A stretch of 62,242 nucleotides of DNA, counting the filler, from Chiloscyllium plagiosum (Eukaryota): the NCBI RefSeq assembly GCF_004010195.1. It is 4 parts of one record of this genome, joined end to end, with 100 filler letters (N's around TTAATTAATTAA, not from the genome) between each part and the next. Parts side by side here need not be neighbours in the genome. Positions count along the whole stretch, not along the records: positions 1 to 26,736 come from NC_057710.1; positions 26,837 to 48,001 come from NC_057710.1; 2 more parts are not named here. One strand, written 5' to 3'. The notes beneath the pieces are model-generated. The model saw only the letters and a program-made list of their open reading frames with translations. It searched no databases and had not been told where the DNA came from. The translations under genes and the position numbers were made by a program. Below are positions 25,875-37,831 of the stretch, piece by piece. Each line of letters opens with the position of its first letter. The stretch's first letter is position 1.

Positions 25875-26080
25875 GAGGCAGTGGTGTGGCGGGAATGTCA
25901 CTGAGCTAGTAACGCAGAACCCCAGGCTATGGTTTTGAATCCTATCATGGCAGATGGTGAAATTTTGATTCAATAAAAATCTGGAATAACAAAGCTCTTC
26001 TGAAGGTGACTACTCAACTAGTGTCAATTGTTATAAAAAAAACCCATCTGATTCATGCATGTCCTTTAAGGAAATCTGCC
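25875..26080 (+). mobile_element. Second SINE family, 5' half
   Basis: tRNA-like head ..TTTGAATCC followed by the family core. Confidence 0.65.
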
Positions 26081-26427
26081 TCTGACGTCTGTGCACAGCA
26101 GCAACTTCCGGAACTGGAAGTCAACGTATCTGCGTGATAACTGGCATATGCAGATTGTCTGTGTTTCGTTTCAAGGGAATGTTGCTCGTTACACTCCAAT
26201 ATTTTTGTCAAACATGATTTCCCTTTCATAAGTCCATGGAAACTTTCTGTAATCCCACTGGTATTTTCTAGTTGTTCTGTTATCAGACATGTTATAATGG
26301 ACTCCAACACTTTCTTACTACTGATGTAAGGCTAATCTGTTTGTAATCCCTCCCTCCTTTTTGAAATTTTGGGATTACCTTCGCCAATCTTCCATCCAAT
26401 AGTAGGACTCATGCCTACTATTAGGTT

Positions 26428-26736
26428 TTGCCTGGGCCTAACAGGGAAGGCAGATGAACTCAGGACATGGTTAGGAACATGGGACTGGGTTATCATAGCA
26501 ATTACAGAAACATGGCTCAGGGATGGGCAGGACTGGCAGCTTAATGTTCCAGGATACAAATGCTACAGGAAGGATAGAAAGGGAGGCAAGAGAGGAGGAG
26601 GGAGTGGCATTTTTGATAAGGGGTAGCATTACAGCTGTGCTGAGGGAGGATATTCCCAGAAATACATCCAGGGAAGTTATTTGAATGGAACTGAGAACTA
26701 AGAAAGGGATGATCACCTTATTGGGATTGTATTATA
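26428..26736 (+). mobile_element. CR1 ORF2 APE endonuclease N-terminus
   Basis: KADELRTWLGTWDWVIIAITETWL..YKCYRKDR..RGGG. Confidence 0.9.
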
Positions 26737-26836
26737 NNNNNNNNNNNNNNNNNNNNNNNNNNNNNNNNNNNNNNNNNNNNTTAATTAATTAANNNNNNNN
26801 NNNNNNNNNNNNNNNNNNNNNNNNNNNNNNNNNNNN
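26737..26836. other. Assembly gap with TTAATTAATTAA linker (44 N + 12 + 44 N)
   Basis: Same construct at 48002-48101 and 56016-56115. Confidence 0.98.
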
Positions 26837-27449
26837 TTGGGTGGGGATCTATGAGAACAGTTTAGTATCGGTCAGACAGAGTAAGCACGGAAAATTTTTT
26901 CCGAGTGAGATTTATGAACCCAAAAGGGTTTTTTTAATGACATCGAAGATCATTTAGCGATCACTTTTATTGAAACTCTATTCAACCTTCTCTCTTGCCA
27001 GGAATCAGTATCACAGCCCGTCATCACTCATTCCTTCTCTGAAAATGACTTGACATTGAGTCACCTCTTGCCACAGGGGACTCAGCACGTGGTTGAAGTG
27101 TTTCTTGTAAAAAGTGCAGAAACATCACCTGATCCACTCCCTCATTCGACTTTGAGGTTTTTTGCTGTAAACAACACGCGCTTCGCCAGCAATTATTTAA
27201 TGACATTTACCTGAGGCAGATTGGCTCCAGAGCGAGATTACCCAACATCTTCAGATGAAGAAATGTGCTTTTTCTTTAATATTGGGAGGGAAGAGGAGCG
27301 GAATTTTTAATCAGACACTGAGTTTTTATTACCTGGGACGCAGTTCCTGAGAGGCTCTGGGATAGGATTCAGTGTTACTTTAAAAAAGATGGTCATGCAG
27401 GGAAGGTCCATTCGAATGATCCTTCAGATCCTGAGTGGACGTCTGCAAC

Positions 27450-28290
27450 ACTGAGAGCAGGTCTGGTCCCCTTATTTAGGGAAAGATATCAATTCATTGG
27501 AGGCAGTTCAGAGAAGGTTCACTAGGATGATCCCTGGTATTATCTGATGAGCAAAGGCTAAACAGGTTGGGAGTCTACTCCATAGCATTTAGAATAAGAG
27601 GTTATCTCATTGAAACATATCAGATTCTAAAGAGGCTTGACAGGGTAAAAGCTGAGAGAATGTTTCCCTCATGGGAGAGTCAAGGACTCGAGAGCATCAT
27701 CTCACAATAAAGCAGGCACCAATTTAAGTCTGAGATGAGGAGGAATTTCTCCTCTCTAAGGGTTGTGAGTCTTAGGAACTCCTTGCCACAGAGAGAATTG
27801 TGGGGGCAGAGTCCTTGCATATACTTAGGGCTGAGAGTGATTTCTGACCAGTTGGGGAATCAAGGATCACAGGGAAACGGCAAAAAAGCGGATGTGAGGA
27901 ATGTCGAATCAGCCATGATCCTAGAGAATGGCAGAGCAGCTTGAGGTGCTGAATGGCCTCCTCCTGTTCCTATTTTTATGGCATGATGGTCTTATGGACA
28001 GGGTGATTCCTCTTGTGGGAGAGACATGGGTTAAAAAGAAGGAGTCTTCCATTTAAGACACAGAAGATTCTTTTTTTTCTCTCTCTCAGAAGTCCCAGAG
28101 AGTGCTCATGGCAAGATCACTGAATATTTTAAAGGGAGAGTTTGACAGATTTTTACCAACAGGGATTCAAAGGATGTTAGGCACAAGCGGAAATAAAAAT
28201 GGAGTAAAGGCCACAGTCAACCCAGCCATAATTTTACCAAATGATGAAGCAGTCTCGAGCGGCTGAATGGCGTACTCCTGTTCCTCGTTC
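27450..28290 (+). mobile_element. CR1 3' ends (two decayed copies)
   Basis: LEAVQRRFTRMIPG and EMRRNFSS motifs, 3' UTRs. Confidence 0.8.
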
Positions 28291-29272
28291 ATTTATTAAA
28301 ACTTTTTATATCTTTGTATCATCGGAACATTCAGTGCTTTCCTGTCAGTGCTTTCATTGAGTCAAAGTTAAAAGTCACACAACACCAGGTTTATTTGGAA
28401 GCACTAGCTTTCAGAGCGCTGCTGTTTCTAATGTAATAGCTGAAGACCTAGTACCAATCCCTGCTCCACAGGTCACAGATTGTTAACCTCAAAATAAGCT
28501 AGTTCTCACAACTCTCCATTTCCTTTTAGTTGGCCTATTCCCCTACCCATATTAATGCATAACTCCCAACATCTTGAGCCCTTACTTTCTCCCTTAATCC
28601 TTTATGTAGCATCTAATCAAATGCCCATTCGTTTTTCTAGTACCTCTTCCCTAAGTAGCAGTTATGCTACAGAAGTGCCATTGCTACGGACACCTCCAAC
28701 AGTATCATCTCCCCTTCAATGGCTGCACCTTTGCTGTACAATGTGGACTGATCCACATTGGATTGGATACTTGTGGATGTGGTGCCACCCAAGCGGGCTG
28801 CTTTGTCCTGGATGGTTGAGAGTGTGCTGCTGGAAAAGCACAGCAGGTCAGGCAGCATCCGAGGAGTCACCAATGATGCTGAACATTGTGCGATTATTGG
28901 TGAACATTCCTACTTCTGACCTTAACTGTGGCATCTTCATTTCTACTAATACTATGTCAGCCTCATCTTAGAAAACACTGTTATAAAGTATGGAATAAGT
29001 CATTGAGATTTGCCCCATGTTTCCAAACATGTATCACCTTCTTTACCTTTAAATGTATCCATTCCACCTTTAACTACCCATTTAATATTTACAAGCCAAT
29101 AGAAAATTTTGGTGTTCACTTTTATATTGATGATCATTTTATGTTCTTTATGTTAATATTTCATCCTAATCTCTCATTGCCAGCTTTATTTTCTTCTTCC
29201 TGTCTAATTCCAGTCTCTCCATCCCGATTCTCACTTGAAAGAATTATACACTGTCTTTCTTTGCTTCATCAT

Positions 29273-29308
29273 ATTCCTGAAGAAGGGCCTGTGCCCGAAA
29301 CGTCGAAT
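29273..29308 (+). ncRNA. Minimal type I hammerhead ribozyme (PLE family A; element runs to about 29403)
   Basis: ATTC-CTGAAGA-A-GGGC-CTGT-GCCC-GAAA-C-GTC-GAAT: complete core, 4-bp stem II and 4-bp stem I. Confidence 0.8.
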
Positions 29309-30444
29309 CTCCTGTTCCCTGGATGCTGCCTGACCTGCTGTGCTGTTCCAGCAATAAAGTTTCAACTTTGATCTCCAGCATCTGCAGACCTCACTTTCTC
29401 CTCATCATATTCTTTATCTACCTCACCAACAAAGGAGCCATGAAATTAGTTGCAATCCCTTTCTCCTTTGCTGCAATGTACTTAGAATCATCAAATTTTA
29501 CAGTACAGAAGGAGTCCATTCAACCTGTCATGTCTGTACTGACTCCTGAAAGATCTACCTAGCTAATCGCACTCTCCAGCCCTATCGCTGCTGCCCTCTA
29601 ACTTCATCATTTCCAAATAAATATCCAGCTCTCTTTTGAAATTCCCTCTGGAATCCACCACTCTCACAGGTAGAATATCTAATTCCTAACAACTCCCTGA
29701 GTAGAAAGATTTCTCTTCATCTCTTTCTTGCTCTCTTGTTGACAGTCTTAAAACTATTGCCCCGAGTTACTAGCATACTTAGCGGGATCAGAAACCTCCC
29801 TAAAGATTACTCATTCTGCTCCAGTTTAACCTGTCGGGATTTCCTTCCTTCAATCCACTGTCATCACACACTAGTTCACCCTCACCCAATTGAAACGCTC
29901 TCCTGTTCATCTACCCGGCTTTTCTGCATTTTCTAATCTAAAGCTTGTTGATCGATGATCCCTCTAGACCAAGTGTTTACCTGCCCCTTCCCCCTCCCTG
30001 ACTCCTCCACCCCTACCCCACTGACACTTAGTAGATTTGGCACGCCACATTCCCAAAACCAATTCCACTGAGTCCTTCACTGTGTCTGGGCCAGGAACGT
30101 GCTAATGACGGAAGATCTCCCACTCCTTACAGTTTTACACTAACACTACCCAAATCAATATGGTCTTTCAGTATCACCAGTACAACACATCTCCATGATT
30201 TCCATGTAGATTTGCCCTTCCTTCACTAAACAGAATGTTCCCAGTTGTATAATGATATGCTTCTCAGCTCTAAGCAAAGAGACTCTGTCTTTGTCAAACT
30301 CAAGGACATCTCACTTTCCAACACTGCAATGTCTCACCTAATCAGTACAGCTGCACTATCTTCTTTTCCTCCTTCTCTCCCTTTATATTTGTTTGTTTGC
30401 TAACACAATGGCTTTGGGATGTTTTTGTTATGTTCACTCTACAG

Positions 30445-30652
30445 ATGGCTTGTGCCTTAATCTCTGGGAGAAAAGTCCTGGGAAAGGAACTGTGTATTAA
30501 CTGTAGTCTCCTCAGCGTTGCCAGCAGCCGGTTCAAAGCCAGCGTTTCTCTACTTCCCCTCCATCTTGTGTCTTGTCAAGAGAGGGGAGAAATATTGATG
30601 GTGGGACAGAGGAGAAAGAAACCGAGGAACCTCGTGAAAGCGCAAGACACAG
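30445..30652 (+). other. Candidate exon in non-repeat sequence
   Basis: Acceptor TTCACTCTACAG, donor CAG|GTAAAG, one open frame; no recognisable homology. Confidence 0.2.
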
Positions 30653-30684
30653 GTAAAGCCACTGAAGCAGAGAAAAGGAACTTT

Positions 30685-31017
30685 TAATTTATTCATTCAC
30701 AGGGTGAAGGGATCACTGGCTCGGCAGCATCCCTAATTGCACAGAGGGCAGTTGAGAGTCAACTATATTGCTGTGGGTCTGGAGTCACATGGAGGCCAGA
30801 GCAGGTAAAGATGGCAGCTTTTTTCCCTCAAAGGCATTAGTGAACCAGGTGGATTTTCCCCAACAATTCATTAGACTCTTATCTGCAGATTTTTTAAAGT
30901 TTTGAATTCAAATTCCTCCATCTGCCATGGTGGGATTTGAACCCAGGCTCCCCAAACATGACCTGGGTCTCTGGATTAACAGTCCAGCAATAAATGCCAC
31001 TAGGCCATTGCCTCTCC
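30685..31017 (-). mobile_element. Second SINE family, near full length
   Basis: Reverse-complement head (GGATTTGAACCC), core and tail. Confidence 0.75.
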
Positions 31018-31842
31018 AAGTTGATGATTGCCTGCCCAAGTTACCCATTGTTGTACTCTGTCACCAATTCAGTACACCAGTCATGGTGGTGGCACAGTAA
31101 TACTGAGAGGGGAACTGACAAGTTGTCGCATGAATGTGTGAGACATGATTGAAGAAACCCATTTCAGGTGTCCACTGCACTGCCTGAACAAGAAAAAAAC
31201 AAGCACTCAGCAGGTTCATCAGCATCTATGAAGAGAGAAACAGGGTGAATGTTCCAGGTCGATGCTGTTTCACAGGATTCTGTTTCCTAGAGTATCCAAA
31301 GCAATTTGTCTTGTCTTTCAGATTTCTGCAGTGTTTTTCTCCACAGCCCAGGTCTGTACCTGTGTTGTCCAGTGATGGGGCTTTCCGAAGAGGACTTGAT
31401 TTACACAATGTAGGTCCAAACTACTCAGACTGTCCCCTTATGAAAATCAGTCCATAACCTGATGTAGCCTAGTGAACCTTCTCTGAACTGTGTCCAATGC
31501 CAGTATATCTTTCCTTAGATATGGAGCCGAGTGCCGTTCGCAGTACTCCTGCTGTGGGCTGACTAGTCCTTTGTACAGTTGCTGCAAAATCTCCCTAGTT
31601 TTGTATTCCAATCCCTTTGAAATAAAGTGTGCCTCCCCGTTACCTGCTAGACAATGATGCCAGCACTTTGTGATTTGTGAACAAGGACTCCCAAATCCTT
31701 CTATTCTGAACTTTCTGCAGTCTTTCCTTCTTCAATTCTTTATTTTTTAATTTATTCGGAGCCAGTTCTGAAGAAGAGTCCTGCTGAGCTCCTCCAGTAT
31801 TTTCTGTGTTTGTTTCAGATTTCCACCACCGAGCTTTTCATG

Positions 31843-32090
31843 CTCTGGGGTCCTGAGGCAAATCCTACCATGGCAGCTGATGGAATTTAAATTCAATTAA
31901 TTTATCTGGAATCCAAAAAGTATTCCCAGTGGTAATAACCATGAAACTACCATCAATTGTTGTAAAAATCTATCTGGTTCACCATAGTCCTTGAGGGAAG
32001 GAAATCTGCCATCCTTACCTGGTCTGGCCTACATATGACTTCAGACCCACAGCAACAAGGTTGACGTTGAATTGCCCTCTGAAATGGCCT
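31843..32090 (+). mobile_element. Second SINE family
   Basis: Family core sequence. Confidence 0.75.
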
Positions 32091-32094
32091 TGGT

Positions 32095-32745
32095 AGCTCA
32101 GTGGTTAGCACTGCTGCCTTACAGCATCAGGACCCAAGGTCCATTTCCACCCTCAGGCGACGGACTGTGTGGAGTTTGCGCATTCTACCCGTGTCTGCGT
32201 AGGTTTTATCCCACGGTCTAAAGATATGCTCTTTAAATGGTTTGGCCATGCTATGGTGGCTCAGCTGTTAGCACTGCTGCCTCTCAGTGCCACGGGTCCG
32301 GGTTCGATTCCAGCCTTGGGCAACTGTCTGTGTCGTGTTTGCACATTCTCCCCGTGTCTGCGTGGATTTCCTCCCACAGCCCAGAGATGTGTAGTTTAGA
32401 TGAATTGGCCATGCTAAATTGCCCATAGTGTTCAGGGATGTGTTGGTTAGGTGCATTAGTCAGGAGTAAATGTAGAGTATTAGGGAAGGGGAATGAGTGT
32501 AAGTAGGTTGCTCTTTGGAGGGTCAGTGTGGACTTGTTGGGCCAAATGGCCTGTTTCTACACTGAATTTGATGATAAATTGACCCATAGCATCCAGGGAT
32601 GAGCAGGCTAGGTAGGTTAACCATTGGAAATGCAGGATTATAGGGATATGGTAGGGCTGGATGGATGGGATGCTCTTCAGAGGGTTGGTGTGAACTTTAT
32701 GGATGGAATGGCCTGCTTCCACACTGTAAGGATTCTATGATTCTA
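32095..32745 (+). mobile_element. Nested or tandem HE1-type SINEs
   Basis: Two tRNA heads (about 32095 and 32253) and two 3' tails. Confidence 0.85.
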
Positions 32746-33600
32746 ATCAGTGTTAAACAGCACCCATGCAAACTGCATGTATATCGATTGACTATTGAGA
32801 CAGCAGCTGTTCACAATCTGTCAATCTGTCTAAAAAACACATATGTGAGCAATCTTCTTTCGTGATATTGTTTGATGAATTGACATTGGCCAGGATATTG
32901 TAGCTTTTACCATCTAGAAGGTCAAGGGCAACAGACACAAGGGAACATCACCTGCAAGTTCCCCTCCATGCCACTCACCATCCTGACTTGGAAATATATC
33001 GCCGTTCCTTCAGTGTCACAAGATCAAAATCCTGGAACTCCTTCCCCTGCAGCACACTGGGTGTGCCAACCACATCGACTGTCGCGGTTTGAGAAGGCAG
33101 CTCACCAACACGTCCTCAAGGGCAATTAGGGAGGGGCAACAATGCTGATCTAGTCAACGATGCCCACATCCCATTAATGAGTAAGAAGAACACAGGGGAT
33201 AATTACCCTGTTATCTGTTGAACTTGCACCTTAGGATTTTTTTTTATGCGAAGCTCTTCAGTTTGAAACTTCATTTGAAAGGTAGTTTGTCCAATATGGA
33301 GCACTGACAATGCTATTGAGTGGACCTTAAACCTTCTGACTTCAGTAAGAACAAAGAGCAGCACAGCACAGGAAGTGGCCCTTTGACCCAACAAACCTGC
33401 ACCAACACATGGTGCCTTACAAAACTAAAAACCTTTCACATCTACACGCACTATATCCCTCTATTCCCTGCCTATTCATCATTAAAAATCGCGCAACACC
33501 AGATTAGAGTACAACAAGTTTATTTGGAAGCACTAGCTTTCAAAGTGCTGCTTCTTCATCAGGTGTTGTGGTTCTGTTCGCCGAGCTGGGAATTTGTGTT

Positions 33601-33640
33601 GCAGACGTTTCGTCCCCTGTCTAGGTGACATCCTCAGTGC
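33601..33640 (-). ncRNA. Minimal type I hammerhead ribozyme (family C, minus arm)
   Basis: Exact reverse complement of 33922-33961. Confidence 0.8.
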
Positions 33641-33921
33641 TTGGGAGCCTCCTGTGAAGCGCTTCTGTGATCTTTCCTCCGGCATTTGTAGTGGTTTGAA
33701 TCTGCCGCTTCCGGTTGTCAGTTCCAGCTGTCCGTTGCAGTGGTCGGTATATTGGGTCCAGGTCGATGTGCTTATTGATTGAATCTGTAAGCACATTGAT
33801 CTGGACCCAATATACCGGCCACTGCAATGGACAGCTGGAACTGACAACCGGAAGCGGCAGATTCAAACCACTACAAATGCCGGAGGAAACAACACAGAAG
33901 CGCTTCACAGGAGGCTCCCAA

Positions 33922-33961
33922 GCACTGAGGATGTCACCTAGACAGGGGACGAAACGTCTGC
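33922..33961 (+). ncRNA. Minimal type I hammerhead ribozyme (family C)
   Basis: GCA-CTGAGGA-T-GTCACCT-AGAC-AGGGGAC-GAAA-C-GTC-TGC. Confidence 0.8.
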
Positions 33962-34101
33962 AACACAAATTCCCAGCTCGGCGAACAGAACCACAACAAC
34001 GAGCACCCGAGCTACAAATCTTCTCCCAAACTTTGATCTTCATCAGGTGATTGAACAAGCTTCAAAAGTTAGCATTTCCAAATAAACCTGTTGGGCTATA
34101 A

Positions 34102-34316
34102 TCAAGATTAGAGTAGTGCTGGATAAGCACAGCAGGTCAGGCATCATCCAAGGAGCAGGAAAATCGATGATTCGGGCTAAAGCCCTTCATCAGAACAGGG
34201 CTTTTGCACGAAACGTCGATTCTCCTGCTCCTTGGATGCTGCCTGACCTGCTGTGCTTTTCCAGCATTATTCTAACCTTGATTCTAATTTCCAGTATCTG
34301 CAATACCCACTTTCGC
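34102..34316. mobile_element. PLE family A inverted mini-element with 15-bp TSD
   Basis: TSD CCTGTTGG(G/A)CTATAA at 34087-34101 and 34317-34331. Confidence 0.85.
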
Positions 34317-34397
34317 CCTGTTGGACTATAACCTGGAGGGGCTGTGTTATTTTTAACTTTGTCCACCCCAGTTGAACACAGGCTTCTCCAAATCATG

Positions 34398-36235
34398 ACT
34401 GCCTTTTCATGTATCTGTCAAAGTGTCCCTTAAACACTGTTACTGTATCTGCCTCCACCACTTCCTCTGGCAGTATATTCCAGGCATTTATCACCCTCTG
34501 CATTAAAAATGCCTCTCACATCTCCTTTAACTTTCTACCTTTTTCCCAATGCCCCCGAGAAATTTTCTACCCTGGGAGTAAGGCTCTGACCATCCATTCT
34601 ATCCATGCCTCTCATAATTTTGTAAACTTCTATCAGGTCGCTCCACCCCCCCCACCCACCCCCCTCAGCCTCCAACATTCAAGTGAGAACAAACCAATCA
34701 TGTCCAGTCTCTCCTCATAGCTAATACCCTCCAAACCAGGCAATATCCTGGTAAACCTTTTATGTGCACTCTCCAAAGCCATCACATCCTTGTGGTAGCA
34801 ACCAGAACTGCACACAATATTCCAAACTGGCCTCAAAAGATTCTATACAGCTTCAGCACAACTTGCCAATTTTTATATTCTATGCCCCAACCAATGAAGG
34901 CAAGCATGCTGTATTCCTTCTTGACCACCTTATCCACTTGTTTTGTCACTATCGGACAACAGTGCACTTGTACACCTAGAACCCCTTGTGTGTTAATACT
35001 TCTAAGGTTTCTGCTATTTACTGTGTACCTCCCTCCTGCACTGGACCTTCCAAAATGCATCACCTTGCATTTATCCTGGATAAAATTTCATCAGCCATTT
35101 TTCCAGCCAAGTGTCTAGCCGATCTATATCCTGCTGTATACTCTGGCAATTCTCCCAAATAACCACAGCTCCCCTAATCTTTGTGTCATCCACAAATTTA
35201 CTAATCAGGTCACTATGTTCTCCTCCAAACCATTTATATACATTACAAACAGAGGCCCCAGCATTGATCCCTGCGGAACATTACTGGTCACATCCCTCCA
35301 ATCAGAAAAACACCCTTCCACCACCACCTCTGTCTCCTGTGATGAATCCAGTCCTGTATCCATCTTATCAGCTCACTGTGGATTCCATGTGCCTTTCACT
35401 TCTGCATCAGCTTTGTCAAAAACCTTACTACAATCGATGTCAACCACATCAATCATCTTTGTCATTTCCTCAATAAGGTCTATCAAGTTGGTGAGACATG
35501 ACCCTTCCTGCACAAAACCTTATTGCCTATCGCTAATAAGTCCATATGTTTCCAAATGTGAGTAAATCCTATTCCTAATAACCCTCTCCAATAATTTCCC
35601 CACCACTGAATTATCTGAATTTACTGCATTATCCCTGTTAAACAACGTTGGGTATTTTCCAATCCTCTGGGACCTCCCCCAGGGCTAAAGAGACAAAGAT
35701 TTTGTACAAGATCCCAGTAATTTCCTCCCTCACCTCTCTCTCAGCATTCCGAGATAGATTCCATTCAGGTCCAAGGGACTTGTCTCGCTTAATGTTTTAA
35801 AAACACCCACTTTTGTCCAGAATTGCCCTAGATTATTAGCATACACCTCCTGAGACTAATCTTCCATCATGTCCTTCTCCTTTGTGAAAACCAATGAAAA
35901 GTATTTGTTAAGGACCCCACCCATATTCCTCTAAGTTCCCTCCTTTGTCCTTGAATGGACCGATCCTTTCCCAAGCTACCCTCTTACTTATGTATAAAAT
36001 GCTTTGGGATTTTTCTTAATCCTGTTGCTAAGGACATTTCATGTCCCATTTTAGCCCTCCTAACACCTTCTTTAAGTTCTTTCCTGCTTTCCTTATATTT
36101 TTCGAGGGTTCTGTCTGTCTTCAGCCTCTTAAACTTGACATAAACCTCCTTTTCCTTTTTGACTGAGCTCACTATTTCACTTGTCATTCAAGGTTCCCAA
36201 ATCTTGCCAAATGTGTCCTTCATTTTCATAGGAAC
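34398..36235 (-). mobile_element. CR1 ORF2 (RT and upstream region), decayed
   Basis: ALESAHKRFTRILPG, FVDD, LKEGVRRAKMGHEMSLA; tail continues at about 33345-33480. Confidence 0.88.
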
Positions 36236-36818
36236 AATACTCACTAAGCCACAGTTGACTGCGAAGTTACTAAGTGTGCAATAACAGAAGGTTTTTGTGG
36301 TCAGTTCCTGTGCGCAAGTTGACAAATCAGCAGATTTATCAAATCCAATTTCACAATTTGTCGAGGTGAAACCTGAATCCAGAATCTGTTGGTCTCCATT
36401 ACGGGGCCATTTAAGTAAAATGATGCCTCCCAAACACTTTGCAGCTTTTGAAAAACTTTTGAGCTGCCGTCAGTGCAGTAATATGGGAAACAAGCCAGCC
36501 AAATTTTCACATAGCAACCTCCAGTGAGGCAATTCTGTTAAACTGATTTGATTGAGTCTGGGACTGGTGTTGGTAACAGTTCCAGGACTCTTTGTTGGTG
36601 ACAAATTTTGTTGGTGGTTTTCCCTGGAGCACAGGAAACTGAGGGGGCGACCTTCCAGAGGTTTATAAAATCATGATGGGCATAGGTAAGGTGAATGGCC
36701 AAAGTCTTTGTCCCAGGGCAGGGGTATCTAAAACTTGATGGCATATCTTTCAGTGAGAGGGGGAAGATTTAAAAGGAACCAGAGGGGCAATGTTTTCACG
36801 CTTGCTTGTATGGAATGA

Positions 36819-37831
36819 ATACACCACGTTAATGTCCAACAGGTTTATATGGAAGCACTAGCTTTCAGAGCACTGCTCCTTCATCAGGTTTCTGTGGAGT
36901 AGGATCATAGAACACAGAATTTCTAGCAAAAGATCATACACTAATGCGATATAATGAACAACAACAGCTGCTGATAGCCAAGTTCAGTACCCATAAGGAT
37001 GGCCTCAACCGGGATCTTGGGTTCATGTCACACTACAGGTGACACCCACTACACTATGTACTCTCTCACACACAGACTCACACACAAGCATATGTACACA
37101 CACACACTCTTACATACTCACACCCATACACAGACCGTCCCTCAGACACACACACACACACACCGCCCACACTCACACCCACACGCGCACCCTCTCTCAC
37201 ACACACTCACACATTCACACTCTGTCCCCCTCTCTCTCTCACACACATGCACACAGACACACACACACAGACATGCACACATATACACACTCTCTCTCTC
37301 TGTCTCACTCACTCTCTCCCTCACATACTCGCACACATACATATAAGTCTATGGGGTGAATTTGCATTTGCAAATATATTTTATTTTGTTCAAAAAGCAC
37401 ATCATATTTAGGCAGTCAGTCCATGTGACATTTTATAAATTCCTACTTTGGAAAAAGAACCAGTCTGACTCAAGATTGGGGTACAGATAAACTTGAACCT
37501 CACACCTTTAATGTATCGTCTGAGCTGAGCTGTCATCTTTTTTATGAACCCTTAAGTTATCTTGGGAATGTGACTTGAAAGAAGTTTTGGGATTTACATT
37601 TTAATGAATTAAAACCTGCAACCCATTCTAAAAGATGAAAATCTTAACAACAAGCTAGGTTTGTTTAATATATCGCATCGCTTGTATGACATGATGATCT
37701 TTGATGTATATTCTGTGTCCTATGTTCCTGCCTAAGGAGCAGCATTCTGAAAGGTATTATTTCCAAATAAACACATTGGACTATAACCTGGCATTGTGTG
37801 ATTTTTAACTTTGTCCAGCCCAGTCCAACAC
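36819..37831. mobile_element. PLE family B 3' end (Neptune-like C-terminus) with inverted 5' copy, internal microsatellite and 12-bp TSD, inserted in CR1
   Basis: EQQQLLIAKFSTHKDGLNRDLGFMSHYR* at about 36956-37042; TSD TGTATGGAATGA at 36807-36818 and 37832-37843; minus-strand hammerhead at 36856-36890. Confidence 0.85.
37043..37345. repeat. Compound (CA)n/(CT)n microsatellite
   Basis: Directly visible. Confidence 0.95.

Larger units (their letters stand above)
33566..34036. mobile_element. PLE family C head-to-head inverted 3' ends (210-bp arms)
   Basis: Arms 33565-33774 and 33788-33997; PLE C-terminal peptide SINKHIDLDPIYRPL; TSD TCTTCATCAGGTG. Confidence 0.88.
33483..34397. mobile_element. 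PLE family B inverted unit hosting family C and family A insertions, all within a CR1 3' end
   Basis: Family B ends on both sides; TSDs delimit the two inner inserts. Confidence 0.8.

Noticed and set aside
26737..26836. TTAATTAATTAA embedded in N runs (also 48002-48101 and 56016-56115)
   Set aside because: Identical 44N-12-44N construct with stops in all six frames; an assembly linker, not biology.
27002..27214. 70-codon open frame after an acceptor-like CCAG
   Set aside because: No recognisable protein similarity and no supporting upstream exon; within chance expectation.
36999..37359. His/Thr-rich ORFs (also 41347-41974)
   Set aside because: Translations of CA/TG microsatellites.
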